This document shows, piece by piece, positions 1 through 12,033 of a DNA stretch of 64,000 nt. The notes beneath the pieces are model-generated. The model had not been told where the DNA came from. It saw only the letters and a program-made list of their open reading frames with translations, and searched no databases. The DNA is from an uncultured bacterium (lineage in GTDB: Bacteria; Patescibacteriota; Doudnabacteria; UBA920): assembly GCA_963749445.1 (NCBI GenBank), contig CAVVMJ010000005.1:34915-98914 (forward strand). Reading direction: 5' to 3'. Every line of letters starts with the position of its first letter. Position 1 is the stretch's first letter. The position numbers and the translations under genes are program-made.

Positions 1-173
1 GTGTAAATATTACTGTTGCCCGGGCTTCTTGGAGCAGACTTGTGGAAGTGGAAGCTTACTGATAACCAAAATCAAAAAATTTGTTTGGTATCCAACCCAA
101 TCTTCGGATAAATCAAAACGGCCTGCAGATGCAGGCCGTTTTGGGACTGGTGCACATCTTGGTTGGTAACCGC

Positions 174-812
174 TCAAACTTTCTTCCTCAAAAAGTAATG
201 GATGGCATTTAATATCCGCCCGGCATTTGCCGGGCTTTTAAGTCCCCGCATGGTCTTAAGGCGGGCATTAAGATGGCTGATGTAACCCTCTACGGCATTG
301 GTAGTTTTTGGGATGTTCCAAAGCTTTTGGTACTCCATGAAAGTAAAAGCCAAGGGCAAGGTTTTAATGAAGCCATTAATGGCATTAAGCTCCACATCTC
401 CGCCGCCGATCCACATGGTAAAGACGACCCGCTTAAAATGTTCCAACCTTAAAACTAATTGTTGTTCACTGCTAGAATTTAAAACTAACTTGGCGTATTT
501 TACCCAGTAATATTTTCGCAGTACTATCCTCGGCCTCTTGGCGTGCATCCTTAGGCCGGTCTTTAAGTCCCGCAAAAGATGGATATGGCACCTTTGGTGC
601 TTTCTAATGCCAAAATGCCTTAAAGCGCTGTAAATGCCCGTTCCGCCGTCACTTACGACCACCCTGATGGCATAACAGGCCTCCTTTAACTGTTTAAATA
701 TTTCCCTGTAGCCCCATGTGGATTCGCCGCCCTTACGGTGACATCTGCCGATTAAACGGACGGCAGTATCATAGGCCAAATATTCGCAGTAGTCTTCTCC
801 TCTGATCGGCAC
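174..812 (-). CDS. IS1-like transposase catalytic ORF (InsB-like, DDE)
   Basis: 212 aa. The C-terminal motif NAVEGYISHLNARLKTMRGLKS matches the IS1/IS256-style conserved E-region. It lies downstream of the zinc-finger ORF. Confidence 0.5.
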   Translation of the reverse strand: MPIRGEDYCEYLAYDTAVRLIGRCHRKGGESTWGYREIFKQLKEACYAIRVVVSDGGTGIYSALRHFGIRKHQRCHIHLLRDLKTGLRMHAKRPRIVLRKYYWVKYAKLVLNSSSEQQLVLRLEHFKRVVFTMWIGGGDVELNAINGFIKTLPLAFTFMEYQKLWNIPKTTNAVEGYISHLNARLKTMRGLKSPANAGRILNAIHYFLRKKV

Positions 813-850
813 ATGCTTGGCATCGATAATCAGAATACCGGAGGTCTTGA

Positions 851-1117
851 TTAAATTTTTTTTAGAAATTCTAAAGGTGTAGACACAGACCTTAACTCTT
901 TATGCAAACCTCGCATGACCGTTGTATGCAGACGGTGGGATTTAAATCCTATGCGCCGAAAAGTCGAGCGGTCAAGTAGATACATGCCTGTCTTTTTGGT
1001 CTTTTTTCTGCCTGCCATTTTAACCCTAAAAGTTTTATCGCAGGACCCACAATACCTGCGCCTGCCACCCCAGCGAACTAGTTGATTATTGCCACAATAT
1101 TTACATACTGATTTCAT
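851..1117 (-). CDS. InsA-like zinc-finger protein of an IS1-like element
   Basis: 88 aa with CKYCGNNQ...CGSCDK Cys4 zinc finger and a basic C-terminus. It sits immediately upstream of the transposase ORF in a different frame. Its 3' end contains CTAAAAAAAATTTAA, a candidate programmed -1 frameshift slippery run. Confidence 0.5.
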   Translation of the reverse strand: MKSVCKYCGNNQLVRWGGRRRYCGSCDKTFRVKMAGRKKTKKTGMYLLDRSTFRRIGFKSHRLHTTVMRGLHKELRSVSTPLEFLKKI

Positions 1118-1191
1118 AAATGAAATTGGTTAATTAAAAACAAACAAAAAAGCCTTTATTCAAGGCTTAATTGTATTATATCATCAACCAA

Positions 1192-1602
1192 TTAGTGCAC
1201 CAGTCTCGCCGTTTTGGCGTAGTGATTTTTTATTGCGGTATCTCCAGAGTCTGGCCGGGCTGGAGAACGAAAGGGGCTTTTAAGGTTGTTTAACGTGGCC
1301 AGCACGGTCCAGCTGATGTTGTATTTTTGGCTGATGTTGAACAGGGTATCTCCGGCCGTGACTTTATATTCAATCATTTGGGGGCTGGGGGCGGAAGTTT
1401 TAACGTCGCTGGCTCCTAACACTTGAGGTGCGGCCTGGTCGGAACCGCCGCTGGTAATTAGGTGGAAGGCGTAACCGGCGGCGCCTAAGGCGAGCAGCAG
1501 GCAAAGCACGGCGGTAATTTTGAAAATTTTGTTGTGTTGGCTGCGGCCAACGCCTAATTTCAAGCGGGGAGAAAGTTCAAACTTTTTGCGTGAAGCAGGC
1601 AT
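1192..1602 (-). CDS. LysM-domain protein with N-terminal transmembrane anchor
   Basis: The C-terminal segment YKVTAGDTLFNISQKYNISWTVLATLNNL is LysM-like. The N-terminus has a hydrophobic helix. Confidence 0.55.
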   Translation of the reverse strand: MPASRKKFELSPRLKLGVGRSQHNKIFKITAVLCLLLALGAAGYAFHLITSGGSDQAAPQVLGASDVKTSAPSPQMIEYKVTAGDTLFNISQKYNISWTVLATLNNLKSPFRSPARPDSGDTAIKNHYAKTARLVH

Positions 1603-1765
1603 TGTTATAAAAAGAGTTAAAATTTGCCGGTTTTTGGTATTTAAATGCGTTTCCGCTGTTTTTCAGAGGTTTTACCGCCTTTATTATATCACAATTTGTC
1701 CACAAGGGCTGTGGATAAACACCCGAATTATGGCGGCTGTCAAGGCGTTATAGTATAATAAGTTT

Positions 1766-4161
<2,396 letters not shown>

Positions 4162-4170
4162 ATGTTGTCA

Positions 4171-4255
4171 TTGTAAGAAGTCAGGGCTTTATCTGGCGAC
4201 GAAGCAATCTTATCCAGAAATAGATTGCCTCGCCCGTCGCCCGTTCGGCTTAGCT
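4171..4255. repeat. Palindromic repeat family 3 (core GGGCTTTATCTGGCGACGAAGCAATC with an inverted partner)
   Basis: Related copies lie at 24225..24300 (intergenic) and, in reverse complement, at 14360..14445 inside the tdh reading frame. Confidence 0.45.
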
Positions 4256-4407
4256 CAGGGCGCCTTGAGGCCATCTAAAGGCGGATGCTACTTTGGGTTC
4301 GCAATGACGAATATCTGAATTGTGGCTAAGCTGGGGATTAGTGTTTATCAAAAATAAAAACTCTCATATATAAGACATAAAAAATGCCTCTTTTTATTGG
4401 GCGATTG

Positions 4408-4437
4408 GCTTGACAATTATAGGGCAATCATTTAAAA
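4408..4437 (+). promoter_or_regulatory. Candidate sigma70-type promoter of the 23S-5S rRNA transcript
   Basis: TTGACA, a 17-nt spacer, then TAAAAT, about 600 nt upstream of the 23S 5' end. No 16S or tRNA lies between it and the 23S. Confidence 0.4.
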
Positions 4438-5659
4438 TATATAAACAATAAGTCATTCACACAGGCGATATGAGAAAAGCCCTATTAGCATTAAGCAATA
4501 AGCGGTTTATGTAAACGGCCCAATTTAAATTGTGCCTTCATAGCCGCGAAAGCGGTTTTTTTGTCGCTCATTATCAATAATCAAATCAAATATAGTGCGA
4601 CAATCCGTCGAAGCTTTAGCGAAGGCGGATTCACCCAAAAATTGTCACCAGATAAATACTGCTCTGCGGGTCTCAGCGTTCCGTAAAACCTAGGGAACAC
4701 AGGCTTGTAGAACCGTTTTCTAGAGCAGTAGTTATGTGGTGGTAATACATCAGCTGATAAGCCAGTAAGCTAGTAAGCAAATCAGGCTATTACAGACCAA
4801 GCACTTTAACAACAGAATAAAGATTATCGTTCTTACCAAGTAACGATAATCTTGGGTAGAAAACATTGTAAGTAAAACATTGTATCCAAGTAATTTGTTG
4901 ATGATCCGCTTTGCCGCGGATCGTCGTCACAAATTGCTAGTCAAATATTAAACACAGACTTTTCGGACAATAAACGGACTTTGGCGGACTCGTTCCGCTT
5001 TAGTCTGTTCCCAGTCCGCAACAGTCAGTGTACATAGATTAAAACAGACAAGGGTATACGGTGGATGCCTAGGTAATATGAGCCGATGAAGGACGCGACA
5101 GCCTGCGATAAGCCTCGGGGAGCTGGCAAATAAGCTTTGATCCGTGGATGTCCGAATGGGGAAACCCACGTACTGGAAGAGTACGTGCTGCTATGCCGTG
5201 GGGTATAGTATGCGGGAACCATGCGAAGTGAAACATCTCAGTAGCATGTGGAAAATAAATCAATTGCGTAGCAATACGCAAAGAGATTCCGTCAGTAGTG
5301 GCGAGCGAAAGCGGAAAGATATAGAAATTTATTCGTTGGGTGGGCTATAGTAGCGCCCGGCGAATAAATATCTATTAGCCCAAACCTAATTAGTGTTTTC
5401 AAAGTCGCAAGACAGAGAATTAAAGATTACAGTCGTTGCTAGTTAGGCGTTATAAGTGGAAGTCATTGCCCCTCTGTAAAGGGGCAGGGAATTATGTTTG
5501 TTGTTTAGCAGAACACGCCTGGAACGGCGGACCAAAGAGGGTGATAGTCCCGTATCGCGAAAAACCATGCAATTTCCTGACTTTTTCTTGAGTACGACCA
5601 GACACGAGAAATCTGGTCGGAAATCAGGTCGACTAAGATCTAAGGCTAAATACTCATAT

Positions 5660-5700
<41 letters not shown>

Positions 5701-6492
5701 CACCCCGGAAGGGGAATGAAATAGTTTCTGAAACCGTATACTTACAAGGAGTGGAAGGGCTTACAGTGCGAAGCACTGTAAACTGTTAACAATTAACAAT
5801 TAACGATTGACCGACTGCAAACTGCAGTTGTACCAGCGTTAATTGTTAATCGTAAATCGTTAATTGTTTGCAGCGCTTCGCGCTGTGCCTAACCGCGTGC
5901 CTATTGAAGAATGATCCAACGAGTTAATCTTTAGCAGCTTGATTAAGTTCTATCAAGAGACGAAATCGTAGTGAAAGCGAGGATGAATAGTCCGTAAAAA
6001 GAATAGTAGTTAGTAGTAGGTAGTTAGTAGCCAGTACAACTTGCGCATTCAAAATGCCGGTTGGTTTGCTACTATCTACTTACTACTTACTACTTACTCT
6101 TTTATGTTGCTAGAGTTAGACCCGAAACCCGGTGAGCTACGCATGGCCAGGATGAACGTGGTGTAACAACCACGGGAGGTCCGAACCCACTATTGCTGCA
6201 AAAATAGGGGATGAGCTGTGCGTAGGGGAGAAATTCCAATCGAACCGGGTGATAGCTGGTTCTCCTCGAAATAGCTTTAGGGCTAGCGTCAAGTGTTCCC
6301 AATAGAGGTAGAGCACTGAATAGAAACCTGCTGCGCAAGCGGTAGGCTCTAACCAAACTCCGAATTCTATTGGCCAAGAACTTGGCAGTCAGTCCGTGAG
6401 GTCTAAGCTTCACGCGACAAATGGAGAAGAATCCACACCACCGTCTAAGGCCCCCAAATCCGAGCTATAGTGCAAAGGATGTGGGGTTGCTC

Positions 6493-6529
<37 letters not shown>

Positions 6530-7261
6530 TAAAGAAAGCGTAACAGCTCACTGGTCAAGCGATCCTGCGCCGACAATATATAGGGGCTAAGCTTGGTGCC
6601 GAAGACGTGGATCAGTTTTGGAGATTAGAGGTTAGAAATTAGAGATTGGAGCTGCAGTTCCAATATCCAACTTCCAATTTCCAATCTCCAAAACTGGTGG
6701 TAGAGGAGTGTTGTACATGGGTTGAAGCGGTATGCGTAAGCGGCCGTGGACTTTGTACAAGCAAGAATGTTGGAATAAGTAATATATATAGAGGTGAGAA
6801 TCCTCTTCGCCGAATATCCAAGGGTTCCAGGGCAACGATCGTCGTCCCTGGGTTAGTCGATCCTAAGAGCGGGCCCCAAAGGGTCCGTCCGATGGAAAAT
6901 ACGGTTGATATTCCGTAACCACCTTAACATTATCCAAGGCGGAACGCATCATGGTAGCGTCAGCGTTATCTGACTATTAGCGTCGTTTCAGGCGTAGGAT
7001 GGAGTTGCAGGCAAATCCGCAGCTCCTCAATTTCCGATTACTACCTCGCAAGAGATGTGACCGGCAAATTGGAAGTCTGAATCTGAAAAGAAACCTGGCA
7101 ACGGGGATTAGCGCGAACCAAGGTGCCAAGAAAAGCGTCGTGGTCAGGTGTTAAGGTGCTCGTACCGTAAACCGACACAGGTGGATGGGGAGAGAATCCC
7201 AAGGCGTCCGGAACAATGTTCGTTAAGGAACTCGGCAAAAAAGCAGGTGTACCTTAGGTAT

Positions 7262-7730
7262 ATACCTTGCCCAAAGTTAGAGGTTGGGGGTTAGAGGTTA
7301 GAAGTTGGAATGTGATATAATCAAAATATGAAAGATTTTCACGATCTTGATTGCTATAAAAATTCCAAAAAACTCTACCCCGTTATAGTAAAGGTGACAA
7401 GAACTTATCCTCGAGAAGGATATCAATTAGGCGACCAAACACGTAGAGCAGCCAACGGCATTCACGCTTGTATAGCGGAAGGTTTTGGCAGATCGGTCGC
7501 CGAATTTAAAAATTATTTAACCAGATCGCTTGGTTCAAATAATGAAGTGATTAGTCACATAGAAGACGCGGAAGCAGTGGGCTATATCAAGCCCGAGACC
7601 GCTAAGGCGTTGATTGAAAAATATACTATAGTGGGAAAGCAAATTTATAGGCTGAGAGAAAAATGGAAGTAATCCAATTTCCAATTTCCAATCCCCAACA
7701 TCTAAATTTGGGCCGCAGCAAAAGACCTCT
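7262..7730 (+). other. 23S rRNA IVS carrying an ORF and bounded by low-complexity inverted repeats
   Basis: Left arm TTAGAGGTTGGGGGTTAGAGGTTAGAAGTTGGA and right arm TCCAATTTCCAATTTCCAATCCCCAACATCTAA are near-perfect reverse complements that enclose ORF 7328..7672. Confidence 0.6.
7328..7672 (+). CDS. Four-helix-bundle protein of the 23S rRNA IVS protein family
   Basis: 114 aa. Motifs DQTRRAANGIHACIAEGFGRS and GSNNEVISHIEDAEAVGYI match the family typically encoded inside 23S intervening sequences. The ORF lies wholly inside the rRNA insert. Confidence 0.7.
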   Translation: MKDFHDLDCYKNSKKLYPVIVKVTRTYPREGYQLGDQTRRAANGIHACIAEGFGRSVAEFKNYLTRSLGSNNEVISHIEDAEAVGYIKPETAKALIEKYTIVGKQIYRLREKWK

Positions 7731-7884
7731 CCCGACTGTTTACCAAAAACTTAGGTCCGTGCTAAAGCGCAAGCTGATGTATACGGGCTGATGCCTGGCC
7801 AGTGTCAGAAGGTTAAACCGGTTGGCGCAAGCCGATCGGCCAAGCCCTGATGAACGCCGGCAGTAACTATAACTGTCCTATGGT

Positions 7885-8627
7885 CAACCGGAATTTGCCT
7901 TATCTAAGCAAAATTTAGATAAGCATTGAGCTGCCATAGTAAAACTTGACTATTTGCTGGAATATCTGTGAATCTGAGTGTACTATGGTATAATATAACC
8001 ATAGAGAAATCTATGAAGTATTATGCCAAGTGAAAATCATTTCAGTGCAGACAATCAGCAGGAAAAGCTAGTATATTGGATAGTTGGCTTTGTTGATGGC
8101 GGAGGAACCTTTTCCGTTAGCTTCAACAAAAATTCAACTACGAGTGCTGGTTGGCAAATTTTTCCTGAGTTTGTGATTACTCAAGGCGCAAAAAGTTTAA
8201 CTGCTCTTGAAGAAATTCAAAAATTCTTTGAGTGCGGGAAACTTTATGTAAATCGCCGGAAAGATAACCATAAAGAAGATCTTTATCGCTTTTGCGTTAG
8301 ATCTTTTAAAGACTTAGAAGAAAAAATTGTCCCATTCTTTCAAAAGTATCCTTTACGGACTGCAAAGAAAGAAGACTTTAATAAATTTGTGCAAATCCTT
8401 TCTTTAATGAAGAAAGGAATTCATTTAACTCCAAAAGGAGCAATTGAAATTGCCAAAATTATTGAGACCATGAATCGTAAAAAACAATCCAGATATTTGC
8501 TCTCCTCAGAGACTACACGCCAAGCTCATCAATCTGATGGGAAGATATAGTCCGACCTGCATGGCGACATGCAGAGCGTCGCAGAAATGTAGACGCCGAT
8601 GATTATGAAATCATCAGTAACAAATCG
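7885..8627 (+). mobile_element. Group I intron in 23S rRNA (inserted after the CCTATGGT block, E. coli numbering about 1917) encoding a LAGLIDADG homing endonuclease
   Basis: The exon junction restores GTCCTATGGT|AGCGAAATTCCTTGTCG. The internal guide GCCATAG (about 7948) pairs with exon CTATGGT with a terminal U:G. The 5' exon ends in U and the intron ends in G. P7-like AGACTA and ATAGTCC elements are present. Confidence 0.7.
8023..8550 (+). CDS. LAGLIDADG homing endonuclease, intron-encoded
   Basis: 175 aa with the LAGLIDADG-type motif VGFVDGGGTF and a typical single-motif architecture. It is located inside the 23S intron. Confidence 0.8.
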   Translation: MPSENHFSADNQQEKLVYWIVGFVDGGGTFSVSFNKNSTTSAGWQIFPEFVITQGAKSLTALEEIQKFFECGKLYVNRRKDNHKEDLYRFCVRSFKDLEEKIVPFFQKYPLRTAKKEDFNKFVQILSLMKKGIHLTPKGAIEIAKIIETMNRKKQSRYLLSSETTRQAHQSDGKI

Positions 8628-9182
8628 AGCGAAATTCCTTGTCGCGTAAGTTGCGACCCGCACGAATGGCATAACGAGTAGAGGACTGTCTTAACGAACA
8701 CTCCGATGAATTTACAATGGCGGTAAAGATGCCGTCTACCCGCAGCAAGACGGAAAGACCCTATGAAGCTTTACTATAGCGTGTCATTGCAATTTTATTT
8801 TTATTGTTTAGCCTAGGTGGGAGCCTTTGAAACTCTGGCGCCAGCCGGAGCGGAGGCAACAGGTGAAATACCACCCTGTAGAGATGAAATTGCTAACCAA
8901 TGTTTAACCTGCATTGGGACAGTGGCTCGTGGGTAGTTTAACTGGGGCGGTTGCCTCCTAAATGGTAACGGAGGCGTTTATTAAGGTAGGCTAGGCATGG
9001 ATGGAAATCATGCCGGTAGTGCAAACGCATAAGCCTGCTTGACTGCAAGGGCGGCGACCCGCGCAGGCACGAAAGTGGAAGTTAGTGATCCGATGCGTTC
9101 GAGTGGAAGACGCAAAGCCCAACGGATAAAAGTTACTCTAGGGATAACAGGCTGATCCTCTCCAAGCGTCCACAGCGACGAG

Positions 9183-9225
<43 letters not shown>

Positions 9226-9226
9226 T

Positions 9227-9270
<44 letters not shown>

Positions 9271-9300
9271 CGAGCTGGGTTCAAAACGTCGTGAGACAGT

Positions 9301-9614
9301 AAAAGGAATAACCATGCTGTCTATAAATTTGGCTAAATCGGTGAAACTCTCGTGGTAGAAAACGCGAGACAATACCGAGGGAAGATTCATCTGTTAGATG
9401 AAAACCCGTAGAGACTACACGCCAGACTATGTAATTATCAACCCGATGATTTATCGGGAACCAGATGAACCGCTGGGATAATACACTTGAAGATATAGTC
9501 CGAACTGCATAGTGATATGTAGAGTGCATTAGAAATGATGCGCCACTTAGTTCAGCGTCTGATCAGCGTTCTAATCGGCGACTAATCAGCGGCGAACTAA
9601 GAAGTAACAAAGTG
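9301..9614 (+). ncRNA. Second, ORF-less group I intron in 23S rRNA (after GAGACAGT, E. coli about 2593 region)
   Basis: The junction restores CGTGAGACAGT|TTGGTCCTTATCTGC. The guide GCTGTCT pairs with exon AGACAGT with a terminal U:G. It ends in G. It shares AGACTACACGCCA and GAAGATATAGTCCGA core blocks with the first intron. Confidence 0.55.
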
Positions 9615-10039
9615 TTGGTCCTTATCTGCTGTGGGTGTACGAAACTTGAGTAGTCGCATCTCTAGTACGAGAGGACCGAGATGCATAGACCTCTGGTGTA
9701 CCCGTTGTCCTGTCAAGGGCATGGCGGGGTAGCTAGGTCTAGTTAGGATAAACGCTGAAGGCATATAAGCGTGAAGCCGTCTACAAAACTAGGTTTCGTT
9801 GTCTGGCGCAAGCCGGACGAAAGGTTCGGGGAAGACTACCCCGTATCACATTAGGTGGTAGTAAGTAGGGAAGTAGGGAGTAGCAGCAATGTTACTAACT
9901 ATCAACTGCAAGCTATTAACTAATTTATAGGCTGCAGGTGTAAGCTTAGTAATAAGTTCAGCCGAGCAGTACTAATCAACCAAAAGTTTTAATCTATTTT
10001 TTGACTAGCAATTTGTGAAAAGAGCGAAGCACCTTATTT

Positions 10040-10132
10040 TTCTCCCCCTTTGGCCGTTCGACTGTGCTCAGGCCACCTCGAGCGAAGTCGAGAGGTGGGG
10101 GAGATGTCCCGCGGAGCGGGACAGAGAGGGTG
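10040..10132. repeat. Palindromic repeat family 1 copy in the 23S-5S spacer
   Basis: CTCCCCCTTTGG...CCACCTCGAGCGAAGTCGAGAGGTGGGGGAGATGTCCCGCGGAGCGGGACAGAGAGGGTG. Related copies are at 13933..14013, 17178..17238 and 10807..10866. Confidence 0.5.
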
Positions 10133-10343
10133 TAACTAACATACAATGTTCAAATCTACCTGTAAGATTATTTTGGCGCTGCTTGCGGTTATTGGGGTAA
10201 TTGGGCTGTTCTTTGCCTTTTGTTCCCCGATTATCCATCAAGTTAAGGCTTTTTAGCAGATATTTGATTTTTAACATTTGACAAACAAGGGAGTGCGTCC
10301 TGAAAATTTGTTAATTAACAAATTTGTTAATTAACAAATTTTC

Positions 10344-10457
10344 AGGGTGGCATTTCCAGCGCGGTCCTACCTTACTCCATCCCGAACTAAGAAGTAAAAC
10401 GCGCTTGGGCCAATGATAGTCATACGCATGTATGCGCAAAAGTAGGTGGCTGCCCGC
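10344..10457 (+). rRNA. rrf: 5S ribosomal RNA
   Basis: CCGAACTAAGAAGTAAAACGC and the terminal helix GGGTGGC/GCTGCCC match 5S architecture. A 48-nt perfect palindrome at 10299..10346 precedes and overlaps the 5' end. Confidence 0.8.
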
Positions 10458-10461
10458 TAAT

Positions 10462-10495
10462 GATAAACCTCTCCTTTACCGGAGAGGTTTTTCTG
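10462..10495 (+). terminator. Rho-independent terminator after the 5S rRNA
   Basis: The hairpin AAACCTCTCC/GGAGAGGTTT is followed by TTTCTG. Confidence 0.5.
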
Positions 10496-10508
10496 TTATA
10501 ATGTTTAT

Positions 10509-11090
10509 ATGTTGCTTACGGTTTTTTTAATCGGCATGGGGTTGTTTGCCGTATTGATGCTTTTTGTAATCAGCAGTTCTTTTTTGGGGTTTCTGCTTAC
10601 GCGCGTCCCATTTGTGCCAACGTATAAAAGCGAGATTGAGTTTATTGTCAAAAAGCTCGGTATATCACCGGCCGACACCTTTTACGATCTCGGCAGCGGC
10701 GACGGCAAGGTGGTGTTTTTGGTCAATCGACTATCAGGCGCGCGGTGTGTGGGTTTTGAGCTCACTTGGTGGACGCACCTATTGGCAAAAATAAAAAAAT
10801 CAGGACTGCGGCTTTCTCCCCTCCTGAGGGGAGATGCCCGAGTGCAGCCGAGGGCAGAGAGGTTGCAATTCATCAACCGCAACTTTTTTAAGCAGACATG
10901 GTCAGAGGCAAATTATATCTATGGTTACCTCTACCCGCCCCTTATGGGCCGGGTGGAACAAAAGTTTCTGGCAGACTGCAAACCCGGCAGTATAGCTATT
11001 ATCCGCGACTTCCCCTTTCCCACTCTGAAACCCGCTGATATTTACCGAATGCCAAAAAAGCACGAGATTTATATTTATAAGAAATTGTAG
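10509..11090 (+). CDS. Class I SAM-dependent methyltransferase with N-terminal transmembrane helix. It carries an in-frame palindromic-repeat insertion
   Basis: The motif-I-like segment DLGSGDGKVV is present. A repeat copy at 10807..10866 is translated as ...SGLRLSPLLRGDARVQPRAERLQ... Confidence 0.55.
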   Translation: MLLTVFLIGMGLFAVLMLFVISSSFLGFLLTRVPFVPTYKSEIEFIVKKLGISPADTFYDLGSGDGKVVFLVNRLSGARCVGFELTWWTHLLAKIKKSGLRLSPLLRGDARVQPRAERLQFINRNFFKQTWSEANYIYGYLYPPLMGRVEQKFLADCKPGSIAIIRDFPFPTLKPADIYRMPKKHEIYIYKKL

Positions 11091-11208
11091 ACAAAAAGTT
11101 TATAAAATTTAATAAAATAGCTTATAAATATAAGCTATTTTTTATTTATCCACAAATGTGTAGAAAAAATCTTGACAGATAAACATTGAAGGTATATTAT
11201 CATCAAGT

Positions 11209-11961
11209 ATGGAAATTCAAGTAATCTTAAAGAATTTTGGCTTATCGGAGAAAGAGATAGCGGTTTATCTTGCTCTTATTGAATTGGGGCCTTCGTCGGT
11301 TAGGGAAATATCGGCCAAATCTAAGGTTAACCGCGGCACGACTTACGATATTTTAAAGTCGCTTATTGCTATCGGCATCGTCTCCTATTATAATAAGGAA
11401 TCTAAGCAGTATTTTATGGCCGAGGAACCGGAAAGGCTGCTTAGCGCGATTGACCAAAAAAAGGAAGACCTGGAAGAAGTCAGGGAAAGCGTGCGAGAGA
11501 ACCTTCCCCTAATAAAGACTTTGTTCGAAAAACAGGGCGGCAAGCCGGTGGTAAGGTTTTATGAGGGAGCCAAAGGCGTTAGGCAAATTTTTGAAGACGT
11601 TCTGGAAACAGTATCATTAGCGGCGGTTCGGTCGTATTACCTGTATTCCTCCGCCACTGCCGAAGACCGGAAAAATGTTTATGGCAGCATGCCGGACTTT
11701 AGCCAAAAACGGATTGCCAAAAAGATATCGGTAAAAATTATTTCCCTGGGCGAGGGCGGGCAGTTGGCGGGTTTGGATGAACGCAAACAAATGCCCATCG
11801 GCCAAAAAGATTTAAAGGCCACGCACGAAATAATTTACGCCGGCAAAGTCGCGCATATCGGTATTGATAACAATGAAGAGCCGGTCGGGGTGGTAATTCA
11901 GAACGACGAGATTTATAACATGCAGAAGGAAATATTTGAATATAATTGGAAAGAATTATAG
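11209..11961 (+). CDS. TrmB-family transcriptional regulator
   Basis: The N-terminal wHTH LSEKEIAVYLALIELGPSSVREISAKSKVNRGTTYDILKSL is TrmB-like, followed by a C-terminal effector domain. Confidence 0.6.
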   Translation: MEIQVILKNFGLSEKEIAVYLALIELGPSSVREISAKSKVNRGTTYDILKSLIAIGIVSYYNKESKQYFMAEEPERLLSAIDQKKEDLEEVRESVRENLPLIKTLFEKQGGKPVVRFYEGAKGVRQIFEDVLETVSLAAVRSYYLYSSATAEDRKNVYGSMPDFSQKRIAKKISVKIISLGEGGQLAGLDERKQMPIGQKDLKATHEIIYAGKVAHIGIDNNEEPVGVVIQNDEIYNMQKEIFEYNWKEL

Positions 11962-12033
11962 CGGCTAAGGGTTACGGGTATACAGATACTGCACAATCCG
12001 TATATTCGTAATAATCAGTAATCTCTAACCCAT

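Larger units (their letters stand above)
1..1130 (-). mobile_element. IS1-family-like insertion sequence, possibly truncated by the window edge. It has an InsA-like zinc-finger ORF followed by an InsB-like transposase ORF in another frame
   Basis: Two consecutive minus-strand ORFs (851..1117 and 174..812). The downstream ORF carries an IS1 InsB-like motif TNAVEGYISHLNARLKTMRGLKS (compare IS1 [24 protein letters not shown]) and SDGGTGIY. An A8 run lies at the end of the first ORF. The 10-nt string TGTAAATATT is present at 3-12 and, as reverse complement, at about 1099-1108. Confidence 0.45.

Noticed and set aside
4171-4320. tmRNA-like 5' end (AGGGCTTTATCTGGCGACGAAGC resembles GGGGCTGATTCTGGATTCGACGGG)
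   Set aside because: No tRNA-like 3' end (T-arm/CCA) follows. The same block recurs at 24235 and inside tdh, so it is a dispersed repeat rather than ssrA.
11962-12033. Possible glmS ribozyme upstream of glmS
   Set aside because: Only about 70 nt of intergenic sequence and none of the conserved glmS ribozyme core strings. Too short for the about 170-nt element.
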